A stretch of DNA of 64,000 nucleotides, from assembly GCA_012295275.1 (NCBI GenBank), contig CM022672.1:29450001-29514000 (forward strand), written 5' to 3'. Origin of the DNA: Chrysomallon squamiferum (taxonomy: Eukaryota > Animalia > Mollusca). The position numbers and the translations under genes are program-made. Positions 29,444 to 44,800 of this stretch are shown here, piece by piece. Position 1 is the stretch's first letter. Each line of letters begins with the position of its first letter. The notes beneath the pieces are model-generated. The model ran no database searches and was not told where the DNA came from. It worked only from the letters and a program-made list of their open reading frames with translations.

Positions 29444-30225
29444 TAATAAACAAATTCATCTTACTGACTAATTAAACAAGAATTTTAATTTGTTTTTCAT
29501 CATTAATCCCTGTCTCCCTTCTTTCTTGTAAGTTCTGAAATATTATTTAATAATTATTTTTGTTAAGTATTTAAAAAGACAGTAACGTTTAATATTGATC
29601 AGGAATTAATAAAATAGACTGAAACTGCGATTAAAATCTGTTCCGACAATAAAATTCAAATATGACGTCATAGGAATAGTGTCGAATTTACTGAATTAGA
29701 AAAAAAAAGAACTCACCTATTATGTCTGAAAAGAATATAACATCACTAAGTTAACACCGCAAAAAAGAAAAATGACGTCATAAACGTTTGACATCACGTA
29801 AACGTTGAATTGAATGTATCTGCATGTTTGGAGAAATGTTACTGCTTAGTTGGTGGTGTTCTTATTATTATCATTGTTATTATTTGTACGAGTCTCATGT
29901 ATGAACATATATTGTATACACGAATTCAAAGATATGCAATGTGTATATGTGTGTATGTATATATATATGTATAAACACACATACATAGGTTGACAAATAT
30001 AGATATTCGTATATAAATATATAGGTCGCATCGATAAATAACAGATGACGCTTGTGTTGTGGTTTATCACATCACTGCTGTCAAAACAACATTCGTGTTG
30101 AAACAATAAGTTAGCAAACTCATCATACGTCACTCAGTTCACGTGATGTCAGTGTCACGTGACACGGTCAGAGGTAGTTCGGTCATACTGACTGTTATTT
30201 CTTTTGTTTTGCTTGGTTTATTGTT

Positions 30226-30261
<36 letters not shown>

Positions 30262-30680
30262 TGTTTGTGGTGTCTTGAAGCTTTTTTATCCTTTTTATTA
30301 ACTGAAAAGTTATAATTTGGGGTTATTTCTATACAGATTAATTCAGTGTATTTGAATCTCTTTTACAGCAACAAAATACACCTTTCAAAAATATTTCTAT
30401 ACTTTCTAATTAAACATGTATTTATTTTAATACGTAATTCACCTTGGTCAACTAATGAATTACATATTCAGACGCGTGTGCACGAATTTATGCGCGGTAA
30501 GATGTCAGCTGTGGTGCGAGAATTCAGTGCGTGGTGTGAATTCTCTTCTTTTCCTTCCAGTCATATTTAAACGACACTGGCAAACTTCCCTCCCCCGGAA
30601 TACATATATAATATTCCTGCATTCTTCTCCGTTATTTTTGGATACCGGTTTATTTCTTTTAAGACATATGTATATGTATA

Positions 30681-30765
<85 letters not shown>

Positions 30766-31253
30766 GTGTGTATTTTGTCTGTGTGAGTATGTATTTTATT
30801 ATTTACTCTGTTTTTGAAAATAGCATACATTTTAGCATGCATAATGTAATAACCAGTGTTTGCAGCTGTCTTTCTGTCGGTCTGACTGGCTGTAAACTTA
30901 AAACGATTTTAATAAAATACGTATCTTTTTAGAAAATCCACTGATTTTTGCAATTAAAACTAAATTAATATATTTATGACTAGAATACAGAAAGAATAAT
31001 GCTCTGTGAAGGACACGTAGTTTGAAACGCGGCCGAACTCGGATCAATCCCCGTAAAAGAAACGTTCGCCTATTTACTCGTTCCAACGTTTAACTTATAA
31101 CTGATGTAACAATGACAGTGGTGTAGTTATGTTTTCTTGTAAAGCATTTTGTTTCTAAAGGAAAAACCTCGCGGTGTTTCATTGAATATATAATGACAAA
31201 TGTTTGCGATCTAATATCAGTGATATATAACATCAGCAAACAACAACAACAAC

Positions 31254-31302
<49 letters not shown>

Positions 31303-31861
31303 GTAGTAGTAGTAGTAGTAGTGGTAGTAGTAATAGTAGTAATATTTAAAGTAGTAGATATAGTAATAACAGTAGCATTAGTAATAATAGTAGTAATAAT
31401 AATAGCAACAGTGGCAGTAGAAGTGACGTCATTGTACAAATTACAGCCACACTCCTCCAGTAGTATGTTCAAAAATTATTGAAAAATTGTTACAGAAAAC
31501 TATTAATGAATATTATTATCTTCTAAACGAAACAAATTTAAATTGTCCTAAATTATGAAGTGTTTACTGCTATAATCTACTACTCGACCTAACTTTGCCT
31601 CTTATTAAAATGTCAGGATTGCGAGAATTTGGAAATGGTAGAGGCGGGGCTTAGACAGACTCATAAGTCACTCACCCGAGCGACACCTACCGGCCTGTAG
31701 GCTAATCGTAAAATGAAAGGTCATTCATCTCAAAACATTGCCGATTGTTCTGCTTTGTTTCTGGAATCGCGTTTCTTGATAAACGTCACAGTTAACATGA
31801 GGCCCTATCAAGGTGAAATAAATTAAATACAAGAATATATCAAGCAAGGTAGTTTAAAACC

Positions 31862-31920
<59 letters not shown>

Positions 31921-34900
31921 GAAATAAATAATTAATAAAACCAATAAAAACATAAATACATACATAAAAAAATAAAAAACAAAATAAATAAATAAATAAA
32001 TAAATAAAATATCCCTAACAGTACCTCTAAACTCTGATAACCTCCCTCTCAGGGCCTCATTTTCTGATATCTGTTACTATAAAAACTATTTCCAGGGTCA
32101 TTTCATGTAACCTCAGTGTTCTGATAACATATTCTCTTGCGATTCTTACTCTGTCTTGCTCTAGCTTGAAATTCTCAGTTTCTTTTACCCGCTTAAAACC
32201 TGTTCTGTGTGCAAAACTTTCTGCCTCATAATATTTTGCTTTTAACATAGGTATTAGTAAATTACTTCATTTTTTAAAGAGATTTTCTGCTTGTTTCTGA
32301 ATATCCATAATGATGATAATTTAAACCTAAACACTGATTTTTATTTTATTAATTTTATTTTTGTTTCAGTTTATTTTAGAATTCTTTTAATATTTATGCT
32401 TTATAAACTATAATAGTTAGTCCTGCAGTGATGATGATGATGATGATAATGATAATGATAATAATTAAAAATTAAATTAAAAAAACAATGAAAATGCAAC
32501 TTTTTGATTATTTTATAACAACTGTAACAAGCATAACAACAACAACAACTAAAATCGATATCAGTAACAATATTAAAAATAAAATACAGTACATAGATTA
32601 CTGATATACAAAGCGTATCCATACACATACACAGTCACTCACAGAGACACACAGACACACATACATACAGACATACATATATACGCACATTATAACAATC
32701 GTGGAATCTTATATTTCTAGTGTTCGGATGACTGGAAGATTTTACGCAATGATCTGTATGGGAAACAGATGGTATGTTTCATTTAACTCCCTGTAAAATC
32801 TGCTTTCACTCCAAACAAAACAAATAAAGAAAACTGTCATATCCGTTAGACAGACTGTATATTGTCTGTCTGTCAGTACGTGTATATCTGTGTATATATG
32901 TATGTACGTACTGTTTCTTATATACTTCGAGGCTAGCGTCGTTATTACATAAGCAGCTTATCCCCTGCACACACATATATGCACAAATACTCACAGATGC
33001 ACAATGCCATACACTCCCACGTATGCATGCGCATATAGCATGCTACAAAAATGAAACCAACCTGCTGATAGGCTGAATAAGCTTTTTTTTTTTTCTTCTT
33101 TTTTTTTTTTTTTTTTCTTTTGAAATATTTTAAAATAGAATCGGAAATAAACATGGATCTTATATAAGCGGTGAACAAAATTTTCAATACCGAAACTCAC
33201 CCGATTCCATATTTCGTACTAAACGAAAGGAAAAGTACTACTAGACTTTATAGGACAGACTACGATTCGCTAAACAAAAGTCCTAACATCTGACGTCTAG
33301 TAAACAGTTTAATAAGAAGTGAACAAACAACCGCGCATATTATTACATGTAGCTGACACATAAATCAAAATAAGAAAGGAAAAGAGGAAGGGAGGACCGA
33401 TCCTAACACACTTAACACGTCATGAAAACTGGCTACTGTTGTATATTGATATCAGTATGGGTTTAATAAAGCAATATATTAAACAGACGTTTGGTTATTT
33501 CCTTAGATACCCCATCATGGAGTTTTAATTACCTTGTTACTGGTTTGTTTGCTAATGACAAAATAAAAACAACGAGAAGATGCAACAATTAGTTACTTTC
33601 CTGGTTATCATATATAAAGTATTTCTGAGTGTTTGTACACATGTTTATTTGTATGTATGTGAATGTGTGTGTGGTGTATTTGGTATGTGATAATGTACAT
33701 CTGTATGTATATATGTTTGTGTGTATGTTATTACAGTCAAATTTTGATCATACATTTGTTTCGTGTGCAAGATATCGTCGACATTTAAATTATAGTCTTA
33801 GCCAGGTGCATCCTTGAAAGCTTTTTTTTTACTTTACTATTAACAAAGTCTAGTGGGAAGTTCAAATACTATAATCTCTCTCTCGTCGGTATTGAACAGA
33901 TATTTGTATTGTTTATTTTCTCCACGCAGCAACTAACTAAGGACACACACCTGTACGCCAGCAACGGACAGCCGTTCCCAGCACTGAAAATCTTCTCCTA
34001 CGCTCTCCGTTTCTTCAAGGACCACGCCCTGGAGCAGCTGAGCGATCAGTGCTGCATAAACATGCTCAACTGCGACGTCCGCTGGGTGATCACCGTCCCC
34101 GCGATCTGGAAGGCACCAGCCAAGCAGTTTATGAGACAAGCAGCGTACGACGTAAGAATATAAATAAAACTGTCTGAAAACAAAATACTGAATTTCGACA
34201 TTAATTATTCCACTATAATGTTCAAAACAACGTTCATTTAATATACCACTGGGTTTTATTTTCTCGTTTATGATGATGATGCTGACCACAAAACTTAATT
34301 TTAGAATTAACGGATTAAATATAATTGGAATTTGTTAAAATTTAAATAAATAATTAATTAATTATTATGATTTATTGATTCAAGTTTTAACATTTCCTCT
34401 CGTGACATAAAATCAACCCCCTCTCACGAGTCTTCAGCAAAAGAAACTTCCTGCACCTATTCCTGTCGACTGGCTTTTTTTTCTGGGCTAACCCAACAAT
34501 CATTATTAATTGTCACAGTATTTTATTTTTAACGGTTTCTCAGCTGGTTCTTTCATTACTAAAACTTTACGGGTGTCAAGTCAAACACACACGAATTTCT
34601 CCAGCAAAACTCAGCTATCATCAGTCTATCGTCCCAACAAATCCATGCATCCATAATGCCATAAACATCCATAACGCCATGGGCGCTAGGATCCAGGTGA
34701 CCGACTACTTCATCACATCATTAGCCAATGAGCTACAGCCTATTTTTTGTTTGAATACAGGATTTATTTATTCGTAAATCTGATTGGTGGTTATTATATT
34801 TAACTATGTAAAATTAATTATCAAACAGGCAGGAATGGTTTCTCCTGGCTTGCCAGACCAGATGTTAATCGCTTTGGAACCGGAAGCAGCCTCCATCTAT

Positions 34901-36317
34901 TGCCGGAAATTGAAGGTGTACGAGCTTGTTCCGGAATCTCCCGTGCAGCGCCCTCTACAGTCACCAAGACGATCTGTGCTTGAACCGTTAAACACGACTA
35001 GCGTGTGCTCGGATTTTACCGAAGGTACGTGGTCAAGAAACTGTAAGTAATTTTACTTGGTTTCTCTTTGGTGTTTGATTATTGCTTTTGTTATTGTCAT
35101 GCTTTGTTCATGTCATGCTTTATTCAGTCTGCTTATTTTAAAATTTTTAAATACCTTTGTTAATTAAATAAATAATCAATGTGTGCGTTATTTATTTATT
35201 TATTTAAATATATTATCAGAAATCATTTTGAATGATTTTTGAAAAATTGTAAAGCTTTTTTGTGCTTTTTCAGTAATAGATCCTAAGATATGTCTTTTTA
35301 TAAAATTAAATAACACAGACTGTATTGTTTATATTAAAGCATATTTTTATTGTGCTTTCTATAACAGACATGTATAACACTGTTATTATTTTACTACTAT
35401 ACTACTGCTGCTACTACTATTACTACTACTACTTAAACCGATGTGATGTGACGCATTGGGCACAGGACAGGCGGGACGCTTTGAAAAAAAAAGAGAAAGC
35501 AAAACAAATGCAACGAAACTAAATAATCACGTTCTAATAACAAAAAAAAAAAAAAAAAAAAAAATAAAAATAATAATAACAATGTAGACGGTCCGCAGGA
35601 AAGAAAACTATGCGGACTTAATATTTTCAGATGAGTTGGGAAGAAATAATTAATTTATGACATTAAACATTCCAGTTATTCAGCTCTTGTATATCCGCTC
35701 TCCACAATGGCCGCCAGAGTGCTTCCTGCGGAAATGTCTACACCAAGCTATACCATGCATGTTTATCTGCTTATTAACTGTTTTTGTGTGTCTTATTAAC
35801 ACTAAATATATGTTGTTATTGCAGAAATGCCAAAATTACGGTCACCGTTTGATTTGGCTTCAAATCAAATGTTGGAGACCAAAATGAAAGGTGTGTCTAT
35901 TATTTTGCCCTTTTGTTATGTACTGTGTTGTCTTTTCTCATCTCTGAATTCTGCGACCTGTCATGAATAAATAAATAGAGAGAAAATACGCACTCACTAG
36001 CACATAAATATACATATACATACATTTTAAATAATAACAACGGACACACAGACAATGACACAGACAAATAATGCTGATATCCTAAAATTCAGATATAATT
36101 TTGTAATTGCCAGTTTTTTTGTTCATACATCGTGAACATAACACACACACACACAAAATAAAACAAACAAACAAACAAAACAAAATTAAACTAACTAAAC
36201 TAAACTATACAAAACCAAACCAGACCAAACCAAACTAAACTAAACTAATAAAATAAAATAAATAAATAAATAAATAAATATAAAAACAATAATTAACAAT
36301 AATATATTTATATCTGT

Positions 36318-36392
<75 letters not shown>

Positions 36393-36801
36393 GTCTTTCT
36401 GTCTGTCCTAGTCTGTCTGTCAGTACAATAAAACAAAAGGTCGACAGAAAATGTTAAACAATACATTTTAACAGTTTGATTTAAGAAGATTTAGTTAATG
36501 GTTATGAAAAGGTTATTCGGAGTTCACTGGCACTCTTTTTCATTTTCACACGTTATCACCTTCTGAACAACGTCATCACCACATCATCTGTTCCTCAACA
36601 TTTTTATCAACTGCTGCTACACTTTTACCCTCTGATTTTGGTTTTTATTCAACACACAGCTGTCATCCTCACTGAAGCATGACAAATATTTTTGGTGTGT
36701 TTTGCTGTTCTTTTATGCCCTCATATACTTTGCTGTAATGCGCATGCGTAGATTTAGTGTATTATATTTATAAAATTTCTCTGTAGATTTATTATTATTA
36801 T

Positions 36802-36886
<85 letters not shown>

Positions 36887-37294
36887 CTATATAACATCTG
36901 ATTCCACGCAGCCGCACACCCGATTCAGAAGATTTACATATATTTTCGCATTATTTCTATCATTACTTATTTATTTATTTACTCTGATTATGCATGTACA
37001 TTAATTTATTAATCAATTTGAATAGTATAAATAACATTTTTACTTATTACAGTAATTACAGTACTTGCAAAATGACATCATATGGCAATAATAAATTAAA
37101 ATGACGTAATACAATGTAAATATAATTACGTCACAAGAGGTTTCTCGGCATTTTAGAAAAAGAAATACTCATTACTTTCTAAATGAAATTAGTTTTAACG
37201 ATAAAGACTACAGATAAATACGATAAAGCTTTATCAGTATCAATCTACCAATCAATCTATCTCTCTATATACACATATACATATACGCACATAA

Positions 37295-37325
<31 letters not shown>

Positions 37326-37498
37326 CATACATACATACACACATACATACATACATACATACATACATACACACACACATATATATATACATACATACAT
37401 TCATACATACACATATATACATACATACATACATACATACATACATACATACACACACACATATATATATATACATACATACATACACATATATATAT

Positions 37499-37553
<55 letters not shown>

Positions 37554-38149
37554 CATACATACACAAACTCACACACTCGAACGAACGAAAACAAAATGTT
37601 ACAAATTTAGCAATCAATAGAACACGCCTGTCATACCAGCCCCATGCCCCCCTCCCCATAAGTTGAGTATTCCACGAAATGTGACTGTGTTTTGTAGGTA
37701 CACGTTATTTGGTGGTGGACTGCGGGGGAGGAACTGTAGACATCACAGTGCACGAACTCGATGGAGTTGGAAAACTGAAGGAACTGTACAAGGCTACAGG
37801 CGGACCATACGGCTCAATAGGTTAGTCATATGTCAATCATAAATTCGGGTGATTTCATTGGATATGTCATTTGTCTATAACATATTAAGGTGTTTCTTTT
37901 TCTGCTGTATTTCTTCTTCTTCTTCTTCTTCTTAATCTACTACTGTTACTAGTACTATTTGTTTCTATCGATTCTTATTTCTGATTTTGTTATTTGTTTG
38001 AAATATTAGGTATCAGAAGCTAGTATTTGGAATCATTAATAACAGTTCACTTGTGTTTGTGTAATATATACACACGTAATAATAATAATAATAATAATAA
38101 TAAAGTATTCTTTGCTGTTCTTTTTCTTCCACTTATTCTTGTTATTTGG

Positions 38150-38194
<45 letters not shown>

Positions 38195-40089
38195 ATAAAG
38201 GTATTGATATCGAGTTTGAGAAGTTGTTGTACGCTATATTTGGCGAGGAGTTTATTCACCATTACAAGACAAAGTACCCAGTAGGCTGGATCAACCTGAT
38301 GATCAATTTCGAGTCACGTAAACGATCCGCCAGTCCTTTCAAGTCAAACCCACTCAACATCTCCGTACCGTTCTCCTTCATCGACTACCACAAGAAACAG
38401 AAGGTGAGTACTCATTCATTTCTATTTCTGTAAATACCATTCCAACCATTACTCGGCAGTTTGGTCGGTAACAGTTTTTAAGGTTCTCCTTTGTATGGGA
38501 AGATATTTATAAGATATATCATGCTGCTAATGGATAAGGCTTGCTGGTTTCTTCTCTACTATCATTATTTGATACTTAACTGCTGTTGGACTGTGTAGAC
38601 ACTGTAAACTTCTAATTTATTTCTGTCCCGATCCAGAACATGCTCCGCGACAGGTTTATAAAATCTGTGATCTGTGCTGTTATTGTGTCAGGAAGATCAA
38701 CATATCTCTTTCTGATGAAAGTGTCCTTTAATTTTGTCTCATTTCATTATAGTATGTTGGTGTTAGTATAGTAATAGGAGTAATAGGAGTAGTAAAAGTA
38801 GTAGCAGTAGTAGTACCAGTAGTAGTAGTAATAGTAGTAACAATATATATCTTCTAGTTCTTTTTTCTTTAATTTATTGGTATCGACCTAACAACAAAAG
38901 GCAAAAGGCAAAATTTTGAAAGTTTCTGAATTAACACAACAGCGATCTCTCTAGTTCATAATACAGTTCTAGACTTTGGAACTAACGAATTCATGTATAA
39001 AAATAATCTAGTTTTGTGAAATTCCTGGTTAGATTCAGTTATTAGATTCGTTTTTTGCTGTTTATTTTTCTTTAGTATATCATTTTCTTCTTTTTTCCTT
39101 TTATTGATTTAATTAATTAATTAATTTTTATTATTATTATTTGTTCTCTGTGTGTGTGTGTCTGTGTATACGTGTTTGTGTAGATGCCAGCGTGTTATGT
39201 GTATCTGTAAAACTGTTATTTCTGTTTAAACTATCTCACAGATTGGGCACATTGAGAGTACAGTGAAGAAATATGGAGACGGTGATATTTGTTGGTCATC
39301 AGAGGGTATGCTCAGACTGAGTCCTGTGGCAATGAAACGTTTGTTTCTTCCGACATTAGAGAAAATAAAACAGACGATTGGTGACGTACTCAACAACAAA
39401 CAGGCCAGAGGTCAGTTTTAATATCCTTGGTAACCATTGAAACGAACAACCAACTTACTTCAACAACAAAAGAAAAACACACACAAAATAAAAAGAACCC
39501 CCCCAAACAACGAATATATGTGTGTGTGTATTTAAATTTTGACATTTGATTCTTTTTCTATTTTTTCTTCATAGTAATTTTAAAAAAAATAAAAAAATAA
39601 AAAAAATCATTCGTCAGAATTAAAAAAATTATGTTTATTTTATGGTATTTAGTAGAATTGTAGCATGTACGTTTAAATTACTTGTTGGGCAAGAGTGAAA
39701 CTTACTATAAATATATATATATATCTTGAGATATCTCTGACAATATTTTCTTTTTTATCCCGTTCCAGATTTATCGTACATGTTTCTAGTTGGAGGTTTT
39801 GCCGAGTCGCCAATCCTGCAGCAAGAAATAAGAAAAGAGTTTTCTCATATTGTCAAAATTCTTATTCCAAATGGTGTTAGTCTTGCCATACTTAAAGGTA
39901 AATATTAAATTTTATTTCTAATGTTTAGCTTTAATCGTGATTTGACCAGCTGTTAACAGAAACAGATATAAACATGTCGCAGGTATTTATAGAATCACTG
40001 GCCTTTAATAAATAAACAAATAAACAGACGGAATAGGCTCTCTTATGTCCTCCTCATTCATTGCTTGTAATGCGCAAGCGAAATTTAGT

Positions 40090-40174
<85 letters not shown>

Positions 40175-40769
40175 ACACAAACATAGGCATAAGAAACACG
40201 CATAAACGAATACGCTCATAAACAACAAATACAGATATAATAAGCTTGATTTGTTGACCATGTAGTTATCTGATTCATTTAACTTTTCAGGTGCAGTTCT
40301 GTTTGGTTTGGACCCGACAATAGTAAACGTCAGACGTTCACGCCTCACGTACGGCGTCGGGGTTCTAAACCGGTTTGATCCCGAGAAACACCCTAAAAGC
40401 AAACTCGTAACACGAGACGGCACAGACTGGTGCACGGACATCTTTGAAAAATACGTCACAGTAGACGAACCCATCACCCTTGGCGACACCGTCGTGCGCA
40501 GCTACACGCCTGCGAAAATGTCGCAGCAAGTGAGCATCATCAACATTTACAGCAGCGAGTCTGCCAACTGTCAGTTCATCACCGACCCAGGCGTCCGGAA
40601 GTGTGGCACACTTTGTCTCGATTTATCAGACTTGCAGGTGGAAGTTCTCCCGGTGAGGAGGGAGATTCAAACGAAGATGATGTTTGGTGATACAGAGATT
40701 AGAGTTAGCGCCCTTGATGTGACAACTGGGCGCTGTGTTAAAGCTAGTATTGACTTTCTTAATAAATAA
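25881..40769 (+). CDS. HSPA12A: Heat shock 70 kDa protein 12A-like. Coding exons 25881-29123, 33930-34151, 34829-35024, 37698-37820, 38201-38403, 39242-39410, 39769-39897, 40291-40769 (1587 aa from ATG 25881)
   Basis: HSPA12 motifs [97 protein letters not shown]. All introns are GT-AG with consistent phases. A versus B paralogue cannot be decided by eye. Confidence 0.92.
37250..37580. repeat. Compound (CA)/(TA)/(TACA)n microsatellite
   Basis: Directly visible; source of several spurious ORFs. Confidence 0.95.
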
Positions 40770-40983
40770 TGAACAGGACTAATTTAATATGTTTTCTTTC
40801 TTAATCATCATTATTTTCTAAAGCTATGATTATTTTGACATTTTTGTATTGGCGATTTAGTGTCGGATTTAAACTGTCATAAACATTGATCGTGCTGAAA
40901 ATATTCATTTTTTTTCCCTCCATATTATCCTGCATGCTAATACAGAAATTCTAATTCCATGTTGGCATATGAAAAGCACATTG

Positions 40984-41025
<42 letters not shown>

Positions 41026-41740
41026 TGAAAAGTAAGTTGCGTAATTTGGACCAGATGACGTTTTTCAGTAAAATAAATGTCCAGTAAAATAAATCTCTCC
41101 ATGCAAATAGGTTAATTCATTTTAAATAGACATATCTCGTGGTGTCATCTGATTATTAGAGAAAAAGAAGATTAGAAATAAATGACAAAAGTGACTTGTG
41201 TCTGAAATAAGTGAAAATATTTTAGGGTTTTGAGCTGGGATCACTGGATCATGAAGACAATCACATGAATCGCGCATGAAAATTTCACTTCTAAATATTA
41301 TTTTTCTGAACCCATCTAATGATACTAGATATTAGATATATGACATTCATATAATTACATGCTTGATTCGAGAAAAATAAATTACATTTTTCTTCATAAT
41401 TTCTTCGCGATTGTTATTACATTATAATTCTGTTAATTCTATGTCACAATATTATGTTTGCTGTTGTTTACAATCAATCGTTTTATTTTAAATTTTGTAA
41501 AATATCATTTCATGATTTGCATATATTGTCGGTTTTAATGTTGTGTAGCATTTATTTTATCATCGTCTTCATGTACCATTGTTTGCTTCCTGTTCATGCG
41601 AACAATATTTTTAATTTTTTTATTTATTTTTTTGTCTGTCATATTTGTGTAAGTTCTGTTTAATGTACATTGTATATATGTTTGAAGCATAATGTTTATA
41701 TATATTTGTGCTTTCTTCAATAGATTTATAACATTATTAA

Positions 41741-41843
<103 letters not shown>

Positions 41844-44800
41844 TTGTGTAAACTGGATAAGCTTTTATCATGGCCTTTCATACTTTTGGACTTTTAATTA
41901 ACTGTATTTTGATATAGTTAGATTTTGTATAGTATAAAATATATATTAAAGTTTAATTCATTTTTTTTTTAAATTTGGCTTATTTTAATTTTAATTTTTA
42001 CATTTGATGTAAACTTTGTTAATGACAGTAATGTTTGTGTATATAAAATTTTGTAAATTTATTTTTATGCACACTTTATTACTTTAGACTTTAGACATAA
42101 AGATAATAATTAAAAGTTAAAAAATTACAGGATCCAATGAACTGATTTGTTAAACCCTGTTCTGCCATTTTAAATATATTCTCAGTTATTCACTTCATGG
42201 GCATTCAACAAACAGCAGGGGGAGTAACTGCATTATGAGGTTTGGGCAAAGTGTGTATGTGTGAGTGTATGTATATGTTTATGTGAGTGTGTTAGTGTGT
42301 GTGTGTGAGTGGGGGTGTAGGTGATCAGTGCAGAACAAGAACAAACTGGTAGTTGTGTTTTTGTCAGTGCAGAATTTGTGGCAAAAACAGTATCTCTCTC
42401 TCTCTCTATATGTATATATTTTACAGGCTGCGAATTATAACACTTTTCATTAGGAAGAATGTTTTTGTTATTATAGTTTAAATTAAGCAGAGCACAGTCC
42501 TGTCTTCTACTATCAAGTTCCCAGTCTACAACTTCACATCCTAAAACACAGTTTATTTTGCCAAGTAGACTTAAAGAAAAGGTCAAGACAAAATTTTCAG
42601 CTGAATTGTTTTAATATTTACTAATAATGTTTCTGCATAATCAAACTACTTGTTTAAAATATTTTTTTTTGGATTTATTCTTATTTTATTGCTAGCCCTG
42701 ATACATATATATGTATACACACATCTATCATGCGTACATACATGTGAGTCATCTGTTTATTAAGACTAATGTTTTACATTTGCATTTCATTTTTTTGTTT
42801 TTCATAGAACTGAGGTTTTCTTTAAAGAAATTTGTGAAGCATCAAAGGTTTTGTTGAATTTATAATCACTTAATTGATTAGTTTTAATTACTTTTGAAAG
42901 TAACAAATACAATAATTCAGAAATTACTTCCTATTCATTCTCCTTCTGAAGTCTACTTGACATTTAGCTAATTGTTGTTTGTTTGGAGGGGGGCTGGGGA
43001 CTAGTTATGCTACCATGTTAAGCAGTCATTCATTCACAAACATAAACAGACATGAATAAAGCTGACTGAGTATTCTTTTTCATCTTAAGTATACAATCAT
43101 TTTAACTGATTTTTCTTTTCTTTTTTCTTTGTCTTTTGTTTAAAAATTCCTTTCTTATTTTTATAGCTGAATTATTTTGTTTTGTTTATAATTTTTCATA
43201 CATTCACTTATTTTGCAAATTTGTTACAGATCAGTTTTGAGGTGTATTTGCTAATACATTACTATGGATGTGACGATATTGTTATACAAGTTTGCTTGTG
43301 ATTATATACTTTATAAAACATCATTTAACTTCTGACATACTTCTTGTAGTGTTTGATTTGTAACAAGTTATCTTTCCTTGTAGCTTTCTCTTTGAAATAA
43401 AGGCTATTTTCTATAACTGAGTTTTTATTAATCCGTTTCGATCAGTGCTCATTAATGTTTGTTCCAACTTAATGATTTAATGGTAGAGAAATATTAATAC
43501 TTAATCTCTCTTTCTGACTTCAGTATTAAATTCTTTCTCATTCCAGGTTTCTAAGTGATCTGTCAGGTTCAGACAATATCACTGGAATATTTACCATTCC
43601 ACAAAGTGGCAGTTCAATAAAAAATGATGGCAACATATTTATAGACACACACACACACACATATACAAATGGTATTTCATTGAATTGCCACTTTGTGTGA
43701 AAAATACATGTTCAATTACGTTATAACTTATAATCATCTGCATTACTGCACAGTCTCTATGAACCACCAACAGCACACAATATAAAACATACATACATGC
43801 ACAGACACACACACAAACAGGGTTGTGTTAATGGCTGAGTGCTATCATTGTCTGCCTTTGGAGTCTAGGCAAATACATTCAAGTCTTGTCAGTGACATCT
43901 GACAGGGTTTGTGAAGTCATGACTGGACTTTGTCCTGTCCCAGTGCCTTCCTGAATACTGTGTATGAGTAGAGATGTACACAAGAAAGATAATATTCAAT
44001 CCTAAAGTACCCACAAACATACATATTTATAGACACACACACGTCTGTATATGTTTGCATCTATGGATGTATGAATGTATTCATGTGTACTATTGAGTGA
44101 TACAGAATAAAACAATATTAACTTGATACAGTTTATTTCTTTACATGTAACAGGAATGTCAACATCCTCTACTTAATAGTTCACACATCAATGACACAGG
44201 TAAACAGACTGACAAACATAACACGACACACATCATTAAACAATCTGAGATTTATGTAACACTTTCATTACTCATTTAATGAAAAAAATAAATAACTAAT
44301 AATAATAATAATAATATCGATAATAATAATAATAATAATAATTGATAATAAATAATAACGTGCATCTTCAGATTTATCTGTTTTATGTTAGTCTATATAT
44401 TCACAGATCTGAACAATTAACATGCAACATTTTTGAATTGAATTTGTGCAATTCTGGTACATTAAGAAAAAATATAGTTATTATACAATGCATCACTTTT
44501 AATTCAGTACAAATTATTAAAAGTTTTAGCAAGTTTTCTGTTATTTGTTTCATCCAGATAAATGCATTAAAAATGATACTAAGAATTTTGCAATATAGTT
44601 TTTTGTGTTTATTTTTACTTTTCATTTTAAACCAAATTTATTCAATTTTATTTCAGATATTATTTAGAAAATTCAATACTAAGCATTTATTTGTTTAAAA
44701 AGACTCTTTTGCACTTAATTACTGAAGTGATAAAAATGGATATGAATGTGAAAAACACATAATTAGAAACTACTAAGAAGAAAAAATACATTTCAGAGCA

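Noticed and set aside
35707-35725. CTCF-like motif TGGCCGCCAGAGTGC
   Set aside because: Single imperfect match; cannot be supported without a scoring matrix or ChIP data.
43820-43980. tRNA-like A/B boxes
   Set aside because: Too degenerate and no cloverleaf; at most an old SINE remnant.
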